Below are positions 62,857 through 64,000 of a DNA stretch of 64,000 nt, in pieces (the first letter of the stretch is position 1; each line of letters starts with the position of its first letter). The position numbers were made by a program, and so were the translations under genes. Source of the DNA: Rhodospirillales bacterium (lineage in GTDB: Bacteria > Pseudomonadota > Alphaproteobacteria > Acetobacterales > Acetobacteraceae); assembly GCA_025352665.1 (NCBI GenBank), contig JANXSM010000054.1, forward strand, positions 7,027 to 71,026, written 5' to 3'. The notes below the pieces were generated by a model, which saw only the letters and a program-made list of their open reading frames with translations, had not been told where the DNA came from and made no database searches.

Positions 62857-64000
62857 CAGGCAGCCTCCGCCAGCAGCCCGAGCGCATCGGCCTGGACGAC
62901 GCGCGCGCGCACCAATGTGCCCGCGGGAGCTGCCAGCCGCACGGGAGCGAAATGCTCGGTATGCCCCTGGGTGCCGGTCTCTGATAACACCGACACGATT
63001 TGGCCGAGCAGGCCCTCATAGTAGCGCGTGGCGGCATCAGCCGAGGCAGCTCGCAGCCGGGCCGCGCGTTCCCGGCGGATGGGCTTGTCGACCGCAGGCA
63101 TGCGCGCGGCGGGTGTGCCGGGGCGTTCACTATAGGGGAACACGTGCAAGAACGGGATCGCCGCCTCCTCCACCATCGCCAGCGTCTCGGCGAACAATGC
63201 GTCGGTCTCGGTTGGAAACCCCGCGATGAGGTCGGCGCCGATGCCCAGTCCTGGGCGCAGACGGCGGGCGCGGGCGATTGCTGCCAAACCCTCGGCGCGG
63301 GTGTGGCGGCGTTTCATGCGCTTGAGGATCATGTCCGAGCCCGCCTGCAGCGACAGATGCAGATGCGGCATCAGCCGTTCCTCGCCCTCGATCAACCGCC
63401 AGAGATCGGCATCGATCGCCGCTGGGTCAATCGACGACAGCCGCAGCCGCGGCAGCTCCGGCACCAGCGCCAGCAGCCGGCGGATCATTTGGCCCAGCGT
63501 GGGTGCCCCTGGCAGATCTGGCCCATACGAGGTGACGTCGACTCCGGTCAGCACGATCTCGTTGTAACCAGATGCGACCAGAATCCGCACCTGCTCCACG
63601 ATGGCGCCGATCGGCACCGAGCGGTTGGGTCCGCGGCCGAACGGAATGATGCAGAAGGTGCAACGATGGTCGCAGCCCTGCTGCACCTGCACGAAGGCGC
63701 GGGCACGTCCCATGAACTCGGTCACCAACTGCGGTGCCGTCTCGAGCGCCACCATGATGTCGGACACCGCCGAGGGTGCGCCCACCAGCCAGCTTTCCGG
63801 CTTCAGCTTGTCCTCGTTGCCCAGCACCTGAGACACGCCAGGCATCGCAGCCCAGATCGCAGGGTCGATCTGCGCCGCACAGCCAGTCACCACGATCCGC
63901 GCCTCCGGCCGTTCGCGATGGGCCCGGCGGATGGCCTGGCGCGCCTGGCGCTCGGCCTCCGACGTCACGGCGCAGGTGTTGACGATGATGGTGTCGGCCA
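62856..64000 (-). CDS. mtaB: tRNA methylthiotransferase, MiaB-like MtaB type (5' end outside the window)
   Basis: Radical SAM 'GCDHRCTFCIIPFGRG' and a C-terminal TRAM-like region. The frame stays open to 64000 ('ADTIIVNTCAVT..'). The stop overlaps the ftsY ATG by 1 nt. Confidence 0.85.
   Translation of the reverse strand, partial: ADTIIVNTCAVTSEAERQARQAIRRAHRERPEARIVVTGCAAQIDPAIWAAMPGVSQVLGNEDKLKPESWLVGAPSAVSDIMVALETAPQLVTEFMGRARAFVQVQQGCDHRCTFCIIPFGRGPNRSVPIGAIVEQVRILVASGYNEIVLTGVDVTSYGPDLPGAPTLGQMIRRLLALVPELPRLRLSSIDPAAIDADLWRLIEGEERLMPHLHLSLQAGSDMILKRMKRRHTRAEGLAAIARARRLRPGLGIGADLIAGFPTETDALFAETLAMVEEAAIPFLHVFPYSERPGTPAARMPAVDKPIRRERAARLRAASADAATRYYEGLLGQIVSVLSETGTQGHTEHFAPVRLAAPAGTLVRARVVQADALGLLAEAA

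Overview
This is a high-GC (roughly 68-70 %) chromosomal segment. Gene content and order (mtaB-ftsY, lepA, tcuAB plus TRAP transporter, many ATGA/GTGA gene overlaps) suggest an alphaproteobacterium, possibly Rhodospirillales-like; that assignment is inference only. I support about 55 protein-coding genes. I found no rRNA, tRNA, CRISPR array, transposase or integrase. Many of the long ORFs in the six-frame track are antisense or out-of-frame shadows typical of GC-rich DNA and are not reported.

Main blocks:
- 16-5436: housekeeping genes (sufE, hydrolase, panE-like, lepA).
- 5596-7968: a hybrid histidine kinase whose first PAS domain is a LOV domain lacking the photoactive cysteine.
- 8270-16419: a candidate RiPP-like cassette. 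It holds an NHLP-clan-like 95-aa peptide, a B12-type radical SAM enzyme and a translationally coupled Crp-family cNMP-binding regulator. A zinc-ribbon/class-III cyclase/STAND/TPR protein lies upstream, and an S41 peptidase with no evident signal peptide is divergently transcribed. I consider this the best candidate for an undescribed system.
- 18662-25204: tricarballylate genes tcuAB with SapC and a TRAP transporter.
- 25215-28065: a repeat-bracketed stretch with an Ala-rich coiled-coil membrane protein and a 63-aa orphan gene.
- 32856-43951: a 13-gene, tightly overlapping aryl-polyene/xanthomonadin-type type II fatty-acid-synthase-like lipid cluster (ACP, adenylating enzyme, KS/CLF, DH, KR, acyltransferase, LolA-like protein, MMPL exporter), with an unusual lipoprotein.
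- 44042-64000: peptide/nickel-type ABC systems, argE, a phnW-like gene, a larC whose frame breaks at a C5 run, an aldo/keto reductase, hutH, an MlrC-like peptidase, a yhiN-like gene, ftsY and mtaB (5' end outside the window).

A family of hairpin-forming interspersed repeats with CTAGAGCGGGATGAC termini occurs five times, always at gene ends.
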